Positions 36,305 through 48,600 of a DNA stretch of 64,000 nt are shown in pieces. The stretch's first letter is position 1, and every line of letters begins with the position of its first letter. Below the pieces are notes generated by a model, which was not told where the DNA came from, made no database searches, and saw nothing but the letters and a program-made list of their open reading frames with translations. This stretch comes from Hyaloraphidium curvatum SAG 235-1 (Eukaryota; Fungi; Monoblepharomycota), in contig JAIVFI010000016.1 of assembly GCA_025558095.1 (NCBI GenBank), positions 677,508-741,507 on the forward strand, written 5' to 3'. The position numbers and the translations under genes were made by a program.

Positions 36305-37678
36305 TCAGACGCAGCTCGAAGAATCGTGGCCCCAGACTCCGCAAGAGGCGCACTTGTCCGACGATCCCACTTTCCCGGCCCCTCCGTCCTCCAGATCGCT
36401 CTCATCTGAGTAGTAGTCCTCCCCGCTATCGTCTTCGGAATCTCCCAGCGAAGCGTAGTACTGGCTCTCGAGCTTCCTCTCCACCGAATCGAACTCCTCC
36501 TCGATCTTGACCAGCACCGCCCTCCTGTGCACCTCGGTCAGCTTGGACCGGCGCCAGAGCTCCTCCATCAGGTCGTCGCGGATGCGGATGCCGCGGATGC
36601 GCACGCTACCGACCAGGTCGTACCAGAGGTCGAGGCGCACGCGGGGATCGAGGTCAAGCAGGCCCTGCCGCGCGAGCGAAGCCGTCAGATGCATTTCCAC
36701 GGACGCACGGGGGGGACCGGGCAGACCTCGATGACGCTCCCCGGTCCGCCCTTCCAAGCCTTGCCGGGAAGACGCAGCGGGAACACGCCGTCGGGCTCGA
36801 TGTGCATGCCGGAGGCGGCGGTCTTGGATTCCTCCGTGTGCCCGAACCCGCGCCCCTCGAACCCTCCGCAGTCGGCGTAGATCCAGACGGCCAAGGGCAC
36901 CTTGGTTAGCCCCCGCATCCCCTGGCGGCAGTAGAGGGTCGGGATCTCCATCTCCTCCCCGAAGGCCAGGTCCGTCTCGCGCGAGTCTTGCACGGCCCAG
37001 AAATCGCGCAGCGACTTGGGGTCGTCTGTCTCGGGCACGAACGCCAGCCACGGCCCGCCGGGGGGCGGGCGCCAGCGCGGCGGTAGCGGCCCTGCATGTG
37101 CTCGAAGCCGAAGCCGCAGCAGGTGCCGGTGACGATGACGTTGTTGAGGATCGCGGCGGCTTGGGTAGAAGACCTGTGGATGGGACGAGGTTGATCTGTT
37201 TTGAAGCATGCCGACATGGCGGTGGCTTCTGGACCCAGTCCACCCACCCATTGGCCGGCAGGTGCAGTACCAGCGACACCGCAAGGGCCACCTTCCCCTG
37301 CGCCAGATCCTCCTCGAACATTGCCCTGGTGAACTCGCTGCCCGCCGACGGCTCCGCCCCCTCGACGGCTAGCACGCCGGACCGCTGACGCACCGGCGCC
37401 TCCCCGACCGAAACCGCTCCGGCGTCCGATTCTCCGGCCGAAATCAGGTCCCCCTGCTTCGACATTGCCTGCGCCGGCTCCAACGCCGCCGCTCCGGCGA
37501 CGGCCTGGCCAGCATCGTGCGCGAACCGGCACCGTTCGCCGAACCTGCACGCACCCGAGGCGAAGAACCGGCACGGCTCCGGTGCCCCGAGGGCGGAGTG
37601 CGAGAATCGGCACGAGTCGCCGGCGCGGCACCGGCCGCGGGCGAAGAAACGGCAGGGCTTGGCGGACGGGCGGTCCAT
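36305..37678 (-). CDS. Protein with two CCCH zinc fingers and a C-terminal CCHC zinc knuckle, multi-exon
   Basis: PCRFFARGRCRAGDSCRFSH, PCRFFASGACRFGERCRFAH, CASCGVWGHDSSSC; frame changes consistent with introns near 37170-37230 and 36660-36730. Confidence 0.8.
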   Translation of the reverse strand: MDRPSAKPCRFFARGRCRAGDSCRFSHSALGAPEPCRFFASGACRFGERCRFAHDAGQAVAGAAALEPAQAMSKQGDLISAGESDAGAVSVGEAPVRQRSGVLAVEGAEPSAGSEFTRAMFEEDLAQGKVALAVSLVLHLPANGWVDWVQKPPPCRHASKQINLVPSTGLLPKPPRSSTTSSSPAPAAASASSTCRAATAALAPAPRRAVAGVRARDRRPQVAARFLGRARLARDGPGLRGGDGDPDPLLPPGDAGANQGALGRLDLRRLRRVRGARVRAHGGIQDRRLRHAHRARRRVPAASSRQGLEGRTGERHRGLPGPPRASVEMHLTASLARQGLLDLDPRVRLDLWYDLVGSVRIRGIRIRDDLMEELWRRSKLTEVHRRAVLVKIEEEFDSVERKLESQYYASLGDSEDDSGEDYYSDESDLEDGGAGKVGSSDKCASCGVWGHDSSSCV

Positions 37679-38287
37679 GGTTGCGCGAAAGTCTCGTGCG
37701 TCATCGCGCGCACGGCAAGCTGCGAGCGGACAGTCTCCTGGAACGCAGACCATACCTGAAAACTAGCGCGAACCCCCTCCGCGGAGCGCAGCGATCCTCC
37801 GGATCCCGAACGACCAGGCCGCGCACCCAGACGCGGAGGCGCCCCCGCGACGAAAGCGCTCGGCGCCTCCCGCGCTACCGCGCACCCCGCAGACCGAGCT
37901 GGAGCTGCTCCAGGCAGGAAGGGAGCCCGTGCCCGGCGGCGATCCGCGCCGAATCGGAGCTCCCGATGTCGGGTGAGAGCAAGGACGGAAGCCTGGCGGT
38001 TCTCGGGGCCCCGCCTACGGCGAACCTTCGGACGGCCAGGCTTCAGGATCGGGGTCGCTGCAGGGGGCGTCCACGGCGGCTGGGAGGGCGGCCGGTGAGG
38101 TAAGTCGTCGGGTGGAGGGCACGGCTCAGTGGCTCTACGAGATGGAAGGGTAAATTTCGGGGGGCAGGGCTTCGCTTTTCGTGTATATTGTCTTTTGAAC
38201 GAACCGACCCCCTCCCTCGCGGGAAACTCTCCCTTTGTTCGGCACTCCGCCGCGTCCAAACACCAAACCCCGCACACACATACACCC

Positions 38288-39564
38288 TCAGTACCTCCTC
38301 CCCGGCCTCGTCATCGCGCCCACCATCAGCGCCGCCCCCGGGTTGCGCACCGCCATCCCCAGCACCGCGCCGCCGACCAGGATCTGGCCCACGCTCGGGC
38401 CCGTCTTCTGCGGGGGAGGAGGCTGCGTGTAGTACTGCTGCTGCGGCGGGGGGACGTAGGTCTGCTGCACGGGGGGAGGGGGGGTCGCGGGGGCGGCGTA
38501 CTGAACGTAGACGACCTGCTGGAGGGGAAAGGGGTGTGAGTGTGATGTAGGGGAGGGGGGGAGGACGGGGGCGGCTCACGGGCTGCGGGGCGGGGGCGGG
38601 GGCGGCGTAGGTCGGCGCGGCGAAGGTGGTGGCCTGCGGCGCGGCGTAGGTGGTTACCGGCGGGGCGGCGTAGGCCGGGGCGGCGGCGGCGACGGGGGGC
38701 GGGGCGTACGCGGGGGCGGCGGCGGCGACCGGGGGCGGGGCAAACTGCTGCGGGGCCGGGGCCGGCTTGGGGGGCGGGGCGAAGGTGGTGGTCGGGGGCG
38801 CGGCGACCGGGGGAGGGGCGGCGGCGGGCTTGGGAGGCGGTGGGGCGTAGACCTTCTTGGGCTTCTCCTCGGGCGCTTCCTCGATCTCGGGGGTGCCTAC
38901 GACCCGGAGGCGCGGCATCAGCATCCCGACGGAAGGCAGCCGGGTGCGGAGGCAACCCACGGGGATCGTCCCACGTCACCACCGCCGGGTCCTTGTTCTC
39001 GTCGACAAAGAAGAACCTTCCCGAGGGCGGATCGAGCACCGCCAGCCATCCCTTGGGGAGGCCGTTCTCCTGCAGCTCGGGCTCGTCCTTCGGGGGAGGC
39101 ACGACCTCTTCCTTGGGCGGCGGGACCACCTCGGCGGCCTTTGGCGGCTCCGCGGCGGCGGCAGCTTTGGCCGCCTCGGCGGCCTTGACTTCCGAGGGCT
39201 TTGTGCCCTCGCCGACGGGCAGCACCGGCACGGGCGCGCCCGAGGTCTGCATGCTGACGAAGGGGTTGCCGGCGGGCTTCGCGGGGGCGGCGGGGGCGGG
39301 CGCCTCGGCGTCCTTGGGCGGCTCGGCGGCGGGTGCGTCCCCCGCGACATCCTTCAGCCGCGGGTCATCCCACGTGACTGCCGCGGCAGGGATCAGCCGC
39401 CACCCCTCCCCGGCACTCGGCGACGCGCGCTCACTCTCCGGCGGCGTCTTGGTCTCGTCGACGTAGTAGAACTCGCCGCTGGCCTCGTCGAGCACCGAGA
39501 TCCACCCCGCGGGCAGCGGGCGCAGCTGGTGCGCGGGGACGTCGGCGGGCGCGGCGTCGGACAT
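38288..39564 (-). CDS. Two-WW-domain Pro/Ala-rich protein, multi-exon
   Basis: LPAGW...FYYVD...TWDDPR and LPKGW...FFFVD...TWDDPR. Confidence 0.85.
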
Positions 39565-39750
39565 GGCGGGCGTGCGGCGGGGGGGCGGCGGATGGGCGGG
39601 GGGAGGGGAGGCAGTGGGTGCCCTGGCGGCCAGGGTCGTCGCGTGGCGGGCGGGATGAGGCGATCGACTCCACAACGCGAGGCCGAAACCCGGACACGGA
39701 TCGCACCTGCGCCGTCACTCGGAACCTTAGAATCACGGTGCAGCACCGCA

Positions 39751-40831
39751 TCACTTCGCATACAGCCCCCGCCCGCGGATCACCTCCCACACGTGCTCCC
39801 CCACGACCTCCGCCACCCCCTCCTCCTTTTCCCCCTTCTCGCCCTCGGGAGCCCCGTGCCAATCCCCCACGCGCTTCCGCGCCTCCGTCGACGACATGTG
39901 TTCGAACCCCGTGCCTTCCCACCCGGGGATCTCCAACACGTCGCCCGGGAAACGGGCGATCTCGTCGTCGACCGGAAGCGCGCAGGGGGCCGACAGGGGC
40001 CGGGAGGCAAAGACGACGCGGGCGGGGGCGCCGAAGAAGGGCGCGAGGGAGGCGGAGAGGGGGACGGCGGGGGGGTAGTACTTTGGATCGAACAGGCCTG
40101 CGGGCACACCGGGGAGCGATCAGCGGATCCGGATCCGGGGGTGACATCGGCCAGGCAAGGAACCCACGGACCACCGTGTCCCACCCCAGGATGAACCACC
40201 ACCGCGCCTTGACCCCCCCGCCCCCGCGCGGATCCGCGGCCCACGCGGCCAGGCACGCGGCCTTCTCCGTGAACCTGGGCGCGGTGATCATCCCCACCGC
40301 CACGTTGTCCGCCCCGCCTGCCCCGGCGGCGGGGAGCGCGACGAGGTGCCGCATCGTCGCCAGCATCATCCCCGCCCTGTCCACCGGGCCCGCGCGCCCG
40401 GGCGGGGCGGCGGCGACCGAGCCCTTGTCCATGTTTGTCGTGGCGAGGAGCAGCAGCTGCGCGTCGAACGCGATCGGGGGTGGATGGGAGGAGGAGGCGG
40501 TGCGGGGGTAGGGCACGGCGGTGTGCGCGCGGAGGAGCAGGGCCTCGTGGGCGCGGGTGGGCGGGTCGAAGGACGAGTCCAGGACGAGGACCTCCAGCGG
40601 CCTGCCCGGGTCTGCGCCCTGTCCCGCTTTTGCGTCGGGATCGACCGGCCTAGGCCATCCCGGGTTCGCCTTAGGGCCGCCCTTGGCCCGCGCCAGGGAG
40701 GCGACGAGGCGGAAGGCGTGGCGCGCGGGCTGCCCGGCCATCGCCGGCCCGGGCGGCAGCGCGGCGTACGCGTCCTGCAGGGCCGCGAGCGCGTGCGATG
40801 CGAGCGATGCGTCGTCGGCGGGGGCGGCCAT
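39751..40831 (-). CDS. POF1: Pof1-like nucleotidyltransferase (NMN adenylyl-/cytidylyltransferase), 2 exons
   Basis: LDSSFDPPTRAH, TTNMDK, PRFTEK, ILGWDT | LFDPKYY, MSSTEAR. Confidence 0.82.
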
Positions 40832-40901
40832 CGGCGCGCTGATCGGGAGGAGGAGACAAGGGATTGGGCCGCGGTCAACAGTTCCGTGCCCTGCCGACGC
40901 G

Positions 40902-41929
40902 ATGGCCCTCCTCCGCGTCTGCCGCGCCGCACCGGCACGGAACCGCCATGCATTCGGCCCGCGTTTCGTGTCGGCCGCGGCGGCCGCCGCCCTCCTCGCG
41001 CACCGCCCGCCGCCCCACGAGTTTTCCTACTCCCTGCGCGACCTGCTGCTGTACAACGCGTCCGTCGGCGCCGGATCGGACGGGGGGGAGCTCCACCTGA
41101 CGTGGGAGGGGGCAGACGGGTTCTGCGCCGTGCCGACCTTCTACACCGTGCCGGCCTACCGGGCCAGGGCCGGGCTGCCCGAGCTGTTCCCCGAGGTGTT
41201 CGCCGACGTACGTGGGTTCCGCCCGAATGCACCACCGATCCGCTCACCCCGTTCCCGGGAAAGGCACCGAACGTGCTCCTCTCCCAGTCCCTCGACGTCC
41301 ACCGCCCCGTCCCCCTTCCCCCCTCCCCATCCACCCCGCTCGTCCTCCTCACCCGCCTCGCCGTCCCCTCGGTGCACACGACATCCAACGGCAAGCACGG
41401 CATCCTCCTCACCCGTGCCGAGACCTTCCACGCGGGCGAAAAGCTGGCGACCAACACGGCGGCCGTGATGCTCTCTGGCCGGCCGTTCCCCGGCGCCCCC
41501 CCGTTGCCCGCCCCCGCACCCCCACCTCCCCCCCTGCGCGACCCCGAACCCGCATCCGAGGACCGCATCCCCACGAACGCATCCTACGTGTTCCGACTGG
41601 CCCTGGGCGACGCCAACCCCATCCACACCGACCCCGCCTTTGCCCGCGCCGCCGGGTTCCGCGCGCCCCTCCTGCACGGCGTGTGCACGATGGCGTGGGG
41701 GCTGCGCGCCGCCCTGGGGAAGCTCGGGGTGCGGATGGGCGACGTGCGGGGCGTGGAGGCGGGGTTCAGGGCGCCGGTGCTGAACGGGGACACCGTACAC
41801 GTGAAGTGCTGGAGGACGGAGGAGGGCGCGGGGTACGCCGTCGAGTGCGCGGGGAAGGAGGCGGTGCGGGGGCAGGTGCGGCTGCGCAGGGGTGGCGGGG
41901 GGCTGGCGGGCATGGTGCGGTGGGAGTGA
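40902..41929 (+). CDS. MaoC-like (R)-specific enoyl-CoA hydratase 2, putative mitochondrial presequence, 2 exons
   Basis: DLLLYNASVG, VPTF, GDANPIHTDP...PLLHG, FRAPV. Confidence 0.88.
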
Positions 41930-41951
41930 ATTCGGATCGAAGGGGTCCGTT

Positions 41952-44900
41952 TCACCACTGGCTCGAGGGGTCGTGGTCGCTGTCGCCCGAGTCCGAGCCG
42001 TCCGATCCGGAGCCGTCCCACATCCCGGAGAGGATGCGGGCCGGTCCGGCCGGGGTAGGGGACGGCTTCGCGGCGATCTCGAACGAGTGCGTGCGGCGCG
42101 GGGCGAGGCGGACCGACGCCGTCGGCGGCCCCTCGGATCCCGGCGGCTCGATCGAAGGGAGCGCAGGCGGGGCCGACCCGGGGCGGACGAACAGCTCCGG
42201 ATCGAAGGACGCGGGGACCGCCGGCCCGTCGGCGACGGGGTCGCGCTCCCGGTGCGGCGGCGGCGGCACCCTCCGCGCCTCCCCCACGGCGAACCGCCCG
42301 TCCCTCAGGAGCCCGACGTCCTGCCGGGCGAGCTTGAGCCGTGATCGGTTGCGCTTGGCGGCGACGGCGGCGTCGAAGAAGGCGGTGTCGGGGTGGCTTC
42401 CGCGGGCGCGGCGGAGCAGCTCGGAAAACTGCTGCGATCCGAGGAACTCGGCGAGGAAGGGCTACAAATGCACCGTTCAGAACCTCGGATCGGAATGTGG
42501 GCGGTGCACGGATGGCCCACCCGCGCCTCGGGCCTCGAAGCCGCGAGGAACTCCCCCGCCCTGAATCCCACCCCGTCCCCGCGATCGGACTCCATGAAGC
42601 GCCGGTAATCCTTGAACAGCGACGTGAACACCCTCAGGAAGGCTTCCTGCACGCGGCGGGGATCAAACGCGCGCGGGCACGGCCGGCAGGCCAGGTGGGC
42701 GGTGCAGGCGGGATGCACGAGGAGGGGGCAGTCTGCGGGCGGCGGTAAGCGGGGGTACCGGAAAGATGCGGGGCGGGAGGGGGACGCACGTGCGCATTTC
42801 AGCCCGACGTCGGGGAGGGGAAGGCCGCAGGCGGAGCAGGTGCCCGAGGTCGTGTCGGGCGAGGCGTCGAGCAGCTCGTGGCCGCCCGCATGGCGGGCAT
42901 CCCCGACGTGCTCTTGAGCAGCCGACGCGGTGGACGGCGCAGCCTCGATCTGCTGCTCCGCCGATGCCTCCCCGAGCGACGTCCGCGACCCCCCGCCCGA
43001 ACCCGACCCCAGCGCCTCCAACGACCCGGACTCGGCCGTCCCCTCCCGAACCGGCGACACGCTGATCTCCGACAGACCCCTGACCAGCGCCATGCTCCCC
43101 CCCGGCCCCAGCACCCGGCATCCGAGCGCCCGCTCGTTCGGGCTGGGGAGCAGGTCCGCGTTCAAGGGCGACAGGCCGTCCGAGGTGCGCCTGTCCCCCG
43201 TATTGCGGGAAAAAAGCGAGGAGAGGAATCCCCGGGCGGGAGGGGCGATGGTGAGCGAGGTGGAGGAGCGGGAGAGGCTCCGGCGAAGGCGGGGCCGCGC
43301 AGGGTGCGAGGAGGTGGGTGGGGGCAGGACGTGCCGGCCGTGGCCGTCGAAGCCGCCGAGGTCGTGGTGGGTACAGGAGGAGTGGGGGGATGGAGAGGGG
43401 GCCGGAGGAGAGGCGTCGGGTTCCTCGTCGACGGATGCGAGGTTGGGTCTTGTGGGTCCCGCGGGTTGATCGCCGGCCGATTCTTTGAATCCAGGCTGGT
43501 CCGACCGTTGAGGTTCCGGGCTCGAGGCGGGCGCGGCACCGCTCTTGCTGCGGGTGTCCGACCAAAGCGCCAGACTTTCCCCATAAGCATGTGCCAGGGA
43601 CGTCGGCGGCAGACCCAAACCGTCGAGCTTCACCAGCTCGTCCAACCGAGCCATCAGCTTGTCCCTCTCGTGCGGCGGCAGCTCCACGTGCGCCCCGTCA
43701 CGCGGGAACCTCACCGCCCCAGAATCCAGGTCCACCACCACCGCATCCGCCGGAACGTGCCCCTCGATCCCCTCCAGCCCGGCAAACAGCCCCGACCCCG
43801 CTCCCTCCCTCACTGCACCAACGATCCACGGCACCGGGGCCTCGAGGTAATCCCACATCCGCCTCGGGAGCACGGGCACGCACGGCCACGGCCACTCGAA
43901 AGGGAACATGAGCGCGCGGAGGGCGGCGATCGAAGGGGCGAGGGCGGCGGCATGCGAGGAGAGGAGGAGCAGCGTACGTGAGAGTAGGAGGGAAGGGAGG
44001 AGGGAGGCGATGAGTGAGTGGGGCAGGCGGATGGAGAGGTCGTGCAGGGGGAACTGCGAGGAAAGGATGAGCGGGTGTCGGGCACGGAGTCGTCGCTACG
44101 CACGTTGCGGAGGACGGGGATCCGGTTCCACGGCGGCCTCGTTAGAAACACCGTCTGCCCCGCCGGGAGCTCGAGCTGGACTTCGCAGACCCCGCGAGGT
44201 GGCAGCGGCACGCCGTCCAGCAGCTGCGCCGCCCAGACCTCCGCCGGCGGCCCGCCCGCCGGCCTCGTCGCGAGCGAAAGCAGCCAATCCCGGTGCAGGC
44301 CGTACCAGGCCGCTTCGTTCGCTTGTCCGCGTTTGAGCAGACCTATGCAGCGCGGGATCCACGCGCAGTCGGCGTCGAACAGACCCCATCCGATTCCCGA
44401 AGCCACTTCTTTGGCAAGGGAGATCCGCTCCTCGAGCTCCGAGCCTTCCTCCAGCATCGCACGCCGCTTGGATGCCTGCGCAGCCGCAACAAAAGGGTTC
44501 GAGTTGGGTTCCGCGAGGAGGTTGGGGCGGCGGGTGAGCGAGTCGGGGACGGCGGCGGGGAGGGCGGCGATTTCGGCGCGGAGGGAGGCGAGTTGGCGGC
44601 GCAGGGAGCGGATGCTGGAGAGCAGGCTGTCGGCGTGTTCCCGCTCGGCCGGTGTCTGCGCAGAACCCGGCGTGAGATAGGATGTTGTGTCGAGAGCACT
44701 CGCCCGTCTTACCATGTTTGCTTCGCGCCACGACTCGATCCTTCTCGCAATCTGGTCGCGAAGAGAAGCTTCAGGCTTCTCCCAGAGCGTTAGGCAGGTG
44801 CCGTGGACCTCTTCTCCCGTGCAGTCCGTGAGGACGAACGAGTGCGTGGCGAGCGGCGGAGGCTCGGGCTCCGACTCGAAGCGGACCGAGACGTCGTTAG

Positions 44901-45506
44901 GGAAGCAAAACTGATCAATTGTCAGGAAGAGATAAGAGGCGGTGAAGGTAAACCACTCACCAGCGCCGTCCACTGAGGGAACCCGAACCGCTGCGACTTG
45001 CTGCCGTGGACAAAGAGCGTCTCTGGGTGCAGCTTGAGCTCACCCGGATGGCGAAGGCCAATGGAGTCGACGGATCCCGAGATTTCGAGGGAGGTGGCCC
45101 ACCCCGGTGCCGAAGACTTGGCGCTCCGCGCCTCAGTGGCGACCACCTTTTCCGGGAGGGCGGGCAGAGGCACCGGTCGCCTGAGCCGCCGCCCCGAACC
45201 CGACAACGATGCTGTCCTAGAATGCCGCCGTGCAGCAGAGGCACCAATCGTGACCGGCAGGCCCAGACGAGCCTGGTCCCCCGGCGACACCGAGAGCCGG
45301 CGCGCCGCGGGGAGGTCCGCATCTCGGCCCGCGCCAGCGCCGGCTGGTCCCCATGACCCCGGCAAGGCGATCTGCTCCTCAATAATGCACGAGGTCGGTA
45401 TGCCGGCGGCGAAGAAATGGTCGGCAACGGTCGGCAGGGGGACATGGGCTTCCGGGGCCGGGGTCGGCGTACCCCCCGCCGCGGGATCCCGCAGGTCCGG
45501 TGCCAT
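41952..45506 (-). CDS. DENN-domain Rab GEF with inserted C1-like Cys/His domain, multi-exon
   Basis: uDENN (DHFFAAG, FCFP, HSFVLT, HGTCL), DENN (FPFEW...PVLP...LEAPVPWIVG), dDENN (EAFLRVFTSLFKDYRRF). Confidence 0.88.
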
Positions 45507-45669
45507 CGCCGTACAGAGGCAAGAAGCTAGCCGCCGCAGCAGCACATATCCATTGCGCGATTCGCTGCTCCGACGATCTCCAGAGACCAAGAACACCGAG
45601 GTCCGACCAAGGGATTCGCATTCGCACCGCATTCCACCGCCGAACATCGCACTTTCCTTCCGGCTCTCA

Positions 45670-46589
45670 ATGGCGGCTGCTCCGAAAGAGGACGATATCG
45701 GTCGCGCTTCTTCCGGGCTCTCGGAGGCCGAGTGGCTCTGCCTCTTCCCCGCGCATGGCAAAGTCCCCGACGCGCTATCCGGCCAGCCCCCGCCGCCGGA
45801 CCGCGCCGCGGCGCCCCGGAAGCTGCGCCCACTGAGCGAGAGCTCGATGTCCTCTGTTCTCCGGGCCGCAAACGCGCCGCTTGCGCTCCTGTTCCGCTTG
45901 CAGAGGAAGTTCGCTCACGGCGCGCGCTACCTGTTCGAGGTCATGTCTTTGTTATTTCTGGTCGGAATCGGGATCTGGGCGTCATTCTGGATTCTGTACG
46001 TGCCGGGCGGTTTTGGGCGGACGCAGGCCATCGTGGGAACGGTCACCGGAATCGTGCTCTTGTTTCGCGTAACGATGTGGAATTCGTTGCTCGCCGCCTA
46101 CCTCGCAACGATAAGCCCGGAAGGCCGCAAGAAGAAACAGGGTCCGAAGGACCAAGCTGCTGGGGCGGACAAGGCGAAGGAGGCACCCCGACGCGGCCAC
46201 CACCCACTAGCCCGCTGGACTCACACGCGCTCGCTGGCCTCGTTCGCTGGCTGGAGCTCTGCTGGGAGAAACAGGGCGACGGGGTGGCAGTGCAATCGGA
46301 CGACGTTGAAAATGGCCACGCGGACAGCCGCGGCCCGCCGGGAGTGCTCCTTGCCCATGACGACTCGGACCCTCTCTGCCCGTGTCCTTTGCCGAGCTGC
46401 GCCGGGTACGTCGCCCGGCGCGCCGCCGTGCTGCGCATCCTCGAGGTCGTAGCGAAGTCTGTCGGCCAGGAGGTTCTCGTCGTGTCGGGTTTCACGACAC
46501 TATTCGCCGGCGCCGAGACTTGGCGGACCTGGTGGTCGATCCTGAGGGCTCAGGGGACGTACGTGACGCTGGAGATGTCTTGCAGATGA
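45670..46589 (+). pseudogene. Frameshifted membrane-protein gene of unknown family
   Basis: Two TM helices, then a frame change near 46200 into ...HDDSDPLCPCPLPSC...; the only GT-AG candidate there (69 nt) does not repair the frame. Confidence 0.45.
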
Positions 46590-47247
46590 GGCACAGCCGA
46601 TTCCTTGCTAGACTAGACGCGGTGATGCCATCGAGTACTACAGCATACAGATTTGCCGCTGATCGTGCGATGGATGCGGGACGGGGTGGCTGGAACGGGT
46701 GGCGCTTCGACGGGAAGATTCTTCTCCGACCTCGCGCCCTGTTGTGCTTGACCCCCATCTTCCTTGTGTCTTCGCCCGCGCAATATGGCACCCACATCTT
46801 CCGAGCCCGACGAGCGAGTCGTGCTCCCGCACCTGCGTGCGCTGTTCGACGCGAGTATGCCGCAGAGGCCGGCCTCCATCGCGCGGCAGATCTTCGAGGC
46901 CATGGCGGGATGGCCGGAAAGACCGGGCTGCCCGTGGATCCCGGTCCCCGATCCGCGCGTCCGCCCCTCCGACCCCCGCGCCCGGCACCCCACCCCGTCA
47001 GACTGTCTTGCAATCGACTATGCGCTCGGATACCCCGTGTGCCTGCCGCCATTTGGCACGACGACGGCTACAGAAGCGACGGGTCCTCGGGGGAATGCGC
47101 ACGCACCAGCCCGCGCAACACCCCCTGCCTGGGCCGTGCGTCGCCCCCTCCCCTGCCCCGTTCCATTCCGGCTCCATGGGCCCCCGGCGACCGCGGTGAA
47201 CGATGCCGGCGCACCTCCCGGCGCCGTCGCGGCTCTCGGCGTGGGCG

Positions 47248-48600
47248 ATGCTGCGCCCCATCCTGGCGCTGCTCTCCTGCGCGGCGCTGGTGTCCCTGCC
47301 CCCGCCGCGGCCGGTCCGTGCGGGGGCGCTCCCCGTCCCCGGCAGCGGGGCGCGATGGACCGCGGAACCCGAGGGCCCCGAGCTGCTCAGCCTGAGGCGC
47401 AACGCCTCGTCGTGGCTCCGCGCGTCGGTCGGCGCCTACGCGCGGCACTACAACCCGCTCCCCCTTCTCCGGGCCGCCGACGACCCCCGATGCCCGGCGC
47501 CTCTGGCAAGCGCGCTGCGGGAACGGGCGAAGGGGGTGGAGCGGGCGGTCAACGCGACGGGGGCGGCGCTTCTCCGGCTCGCGGACAGGATCGCCGCGCC
47601 GGGGTGGCAGCCGCCCCCCGGCACCGCCTTCGCGCCCGCCGCGCACGTGCTGCCGGTCGACGCGGAAAAGGCCTGCAGGACGGGCACCCGCGATTCGGCG
47701 GAGAGGTTGCTGGCGCACCTGGCGCGGGACTGGTCGGACGGGTGGGAGCACACGGGGGACGTGGTCGCCCGCGAGGTGCTGCCGCTCATCGGGCGGCACG
47801 TGCCCAAGGGGGGGAGGGTGCTTGTTCCCGGTGCGGGGATGGGCAGGCTGGCGTGGGAGATTGCGCGGATGGGGTACGCGGTGGAGATGAACGAGTGCGT
47901 CCGCCTCCAGCTTCCCGATATTGGCACGGGCTGACGGGCCTTGTTCGACGACAGATGCTCCCCCCTCGTTGCCCTCGCCGCCCACGCCGTCATGTCCCGC
48001 ACCTCGACCCCCGAGCTCCTGCACCCCTGGGCGCACCTGCACCGGAACCTCCGCCACGGCGACGCGCGGGACCTCCTCGAAACCGCCGCCGTGCCCAACC
48101 CGCTCCCCGCCCTTGCCTCGCAGCAAGCAGCCGCGCCGGTCGCGGTCCGCGTGGGCGACTTCCACCGCCTCTACCCGGCCGACTCCGCAAACCCGGAGGG
48201 CAGGTTCGACGCGGTGGTCGCGTCGTACTTCCTCGACAAGGCCGGGGACGACGCGCTGGATACCATGCTGCGGATGGACGGGGTGCTGCGGGAGGGCGGG
48301 GTGCTGGTGAACGCGGGGCCGGTGGATTGGAAGCGTGGGTGGCTTTGCCGACCGGCCGGACGGGGTGCTGACCCTCCCGGTTCCCCGCTTTTCGCGCGAC
48401 GATCGATCGGATGGATTGCAGACGGCGCGGAACCGCTGCTCTCGTCCGACGACCTCGCGCTGTTCTGGTCCTCGCGGGGCTTCTCAAAACTGCACCGCGG
48501 GGAGGTCGGGGCCGACTACTCCCGCCGGCCGGGGGCGACGCTGGCGCAGGAGGGGCACGGGGTGGCGGTGCTCGCCATGCGCAAGCGGGGTGGCGGGTGA
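47248..48600 (+). CDS. N2227/CARNMT1-like SAM-dependent histidine methyltransferase with N-terminal hydrophobic segment, 3 exons
   Basis: RDWS, VLVPGAGMGRLAWEIA, NE, GDF, DAVVASYFLD, GGVLVNAGP. Confidence 0.85.

Noticed and set aside
9390-41929. Hydroxybutyrate/PHB gene cluster (BdhA, HIBADH-like, MaoC)
   Set aside because: The genes are dispersed among unrelated loci; no synthase or depolymerase is present.
46600-47150. Protein-like patch (LRALF...DYALGYP)
   Set aside because: No coherent start, stop or family; possibly another gene relic.
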